Shown piece by piece: positions 55,092 through 55,240 of a stretch of 55,240 bases of DNA (position 1 is the first letter of the stretch; each line of letters begins with the position of its first letter). The notes beneath the pieces were generated by a model. That model made no database searches, was not told the DNA's origin, and worked only from the letters and a program-made list of their open reading frames with translations. The stretch is from an uncultured Candidatus Saccharibacteria bacterium (GTDB taxonomy: Bacteria > Patescibacteriota > Minisyncoccia > Minisyncoccales > CAYPLZ01), in the NCBI GenBank assembly GCA_964555095.1, contig CAZKRA010000001.1:24964-80203 (forward strand), read 5' to 3'. The position numbers and the translations under genes are program-made.

Positions 55092-55240
55092 ATGTACAAA
55101 AAATTAGCCTTATTTTCAATAATTACCTGTTTAATTTTCTCTTTTGCAGGACCTGTTAATGCTCAATTTGGATGGCTACCAAAAGCTGGGATAGGCCCAG
55201 ATAGTAGTTTCTATTTTATGGATCAATTAGGAGAAAAAAT
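55092..55240 (+). CDS. Partial (3' end off-window) secreted protein, DUF5667-like N-terminus
   Basis: MYKKLALFSIITCLIFSFAGPVNA signal peptide, then GIGPDSSFYFMDQLGEK. This resembles the PDSPFYFLK motif common in CPR secreted proteins. Confidence 0.5.
   Translation, partial: MYKKLALFSIITCLIFSFAGPVNAQFGWLPKAGIGPDSSFYFMDQLGEK

Overview
This is a low-GC window (roughly 30% by eye), densely packed with short genes and read with the standard genetic code (TGA is used as a stop). It spans a chromosomal replication origin: jag-yidC-yidD-rnpA on the minus strand, a DnaA-box cluster, then dnaA-dnaN on the plus strand. The gene content points to a small-genome Patescibacteria/CPR-like bacterium, but that is an inference from motifs, not a search result. 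The supporting genes are a lamin-tail-domain protein, VirB2-like pilin modules, a presenilin-type protease, Elp3, stand-alone 5'-3' exonuclease, a DUF5667-like secreted protein, and many Lys/Glu-rich tails. Housekeeping genes I recognise by motif are rsmA, tyrS, ruvC, yebC, tsaE, mutM, holA, rpsT, murE, ispG, ispH, greA, acyP, a PBP1A, a LysM-M23 peptidase, a PilB/GspE-type ATPase and a PIF1-like helicase. The most unusual part is a ~15 kb block (3561-18503), about 2 kb from oriC, that reads as a type IV secretion-like apparatus. It contains two VirB2-like pilin hairpins fused to very large Cys-rich extracellular domains, a 953-aa Cys-rich repeat protein, a VirB6-like polytopic protein, a PrgI-like protein and a two-piece VirB4 ATPase. 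No relaxase, coupling protein or integrase is visible. Other points of interest are a ~130-nt GC-rich structured RNA candidate (29851-29985) and a PAS kinase / V4R / small-membrane-protein / CheY signalling operon. There is also a presenilin-like protease translationally coupled to an HExxH membrane protein, gene-end duplications after dnaN and murE, and a structured greA leader. I found no tRNA, rRNA, CRISPR array or transposase. All calls rest on reading the sequence and remembered family motifs; no database search was run.
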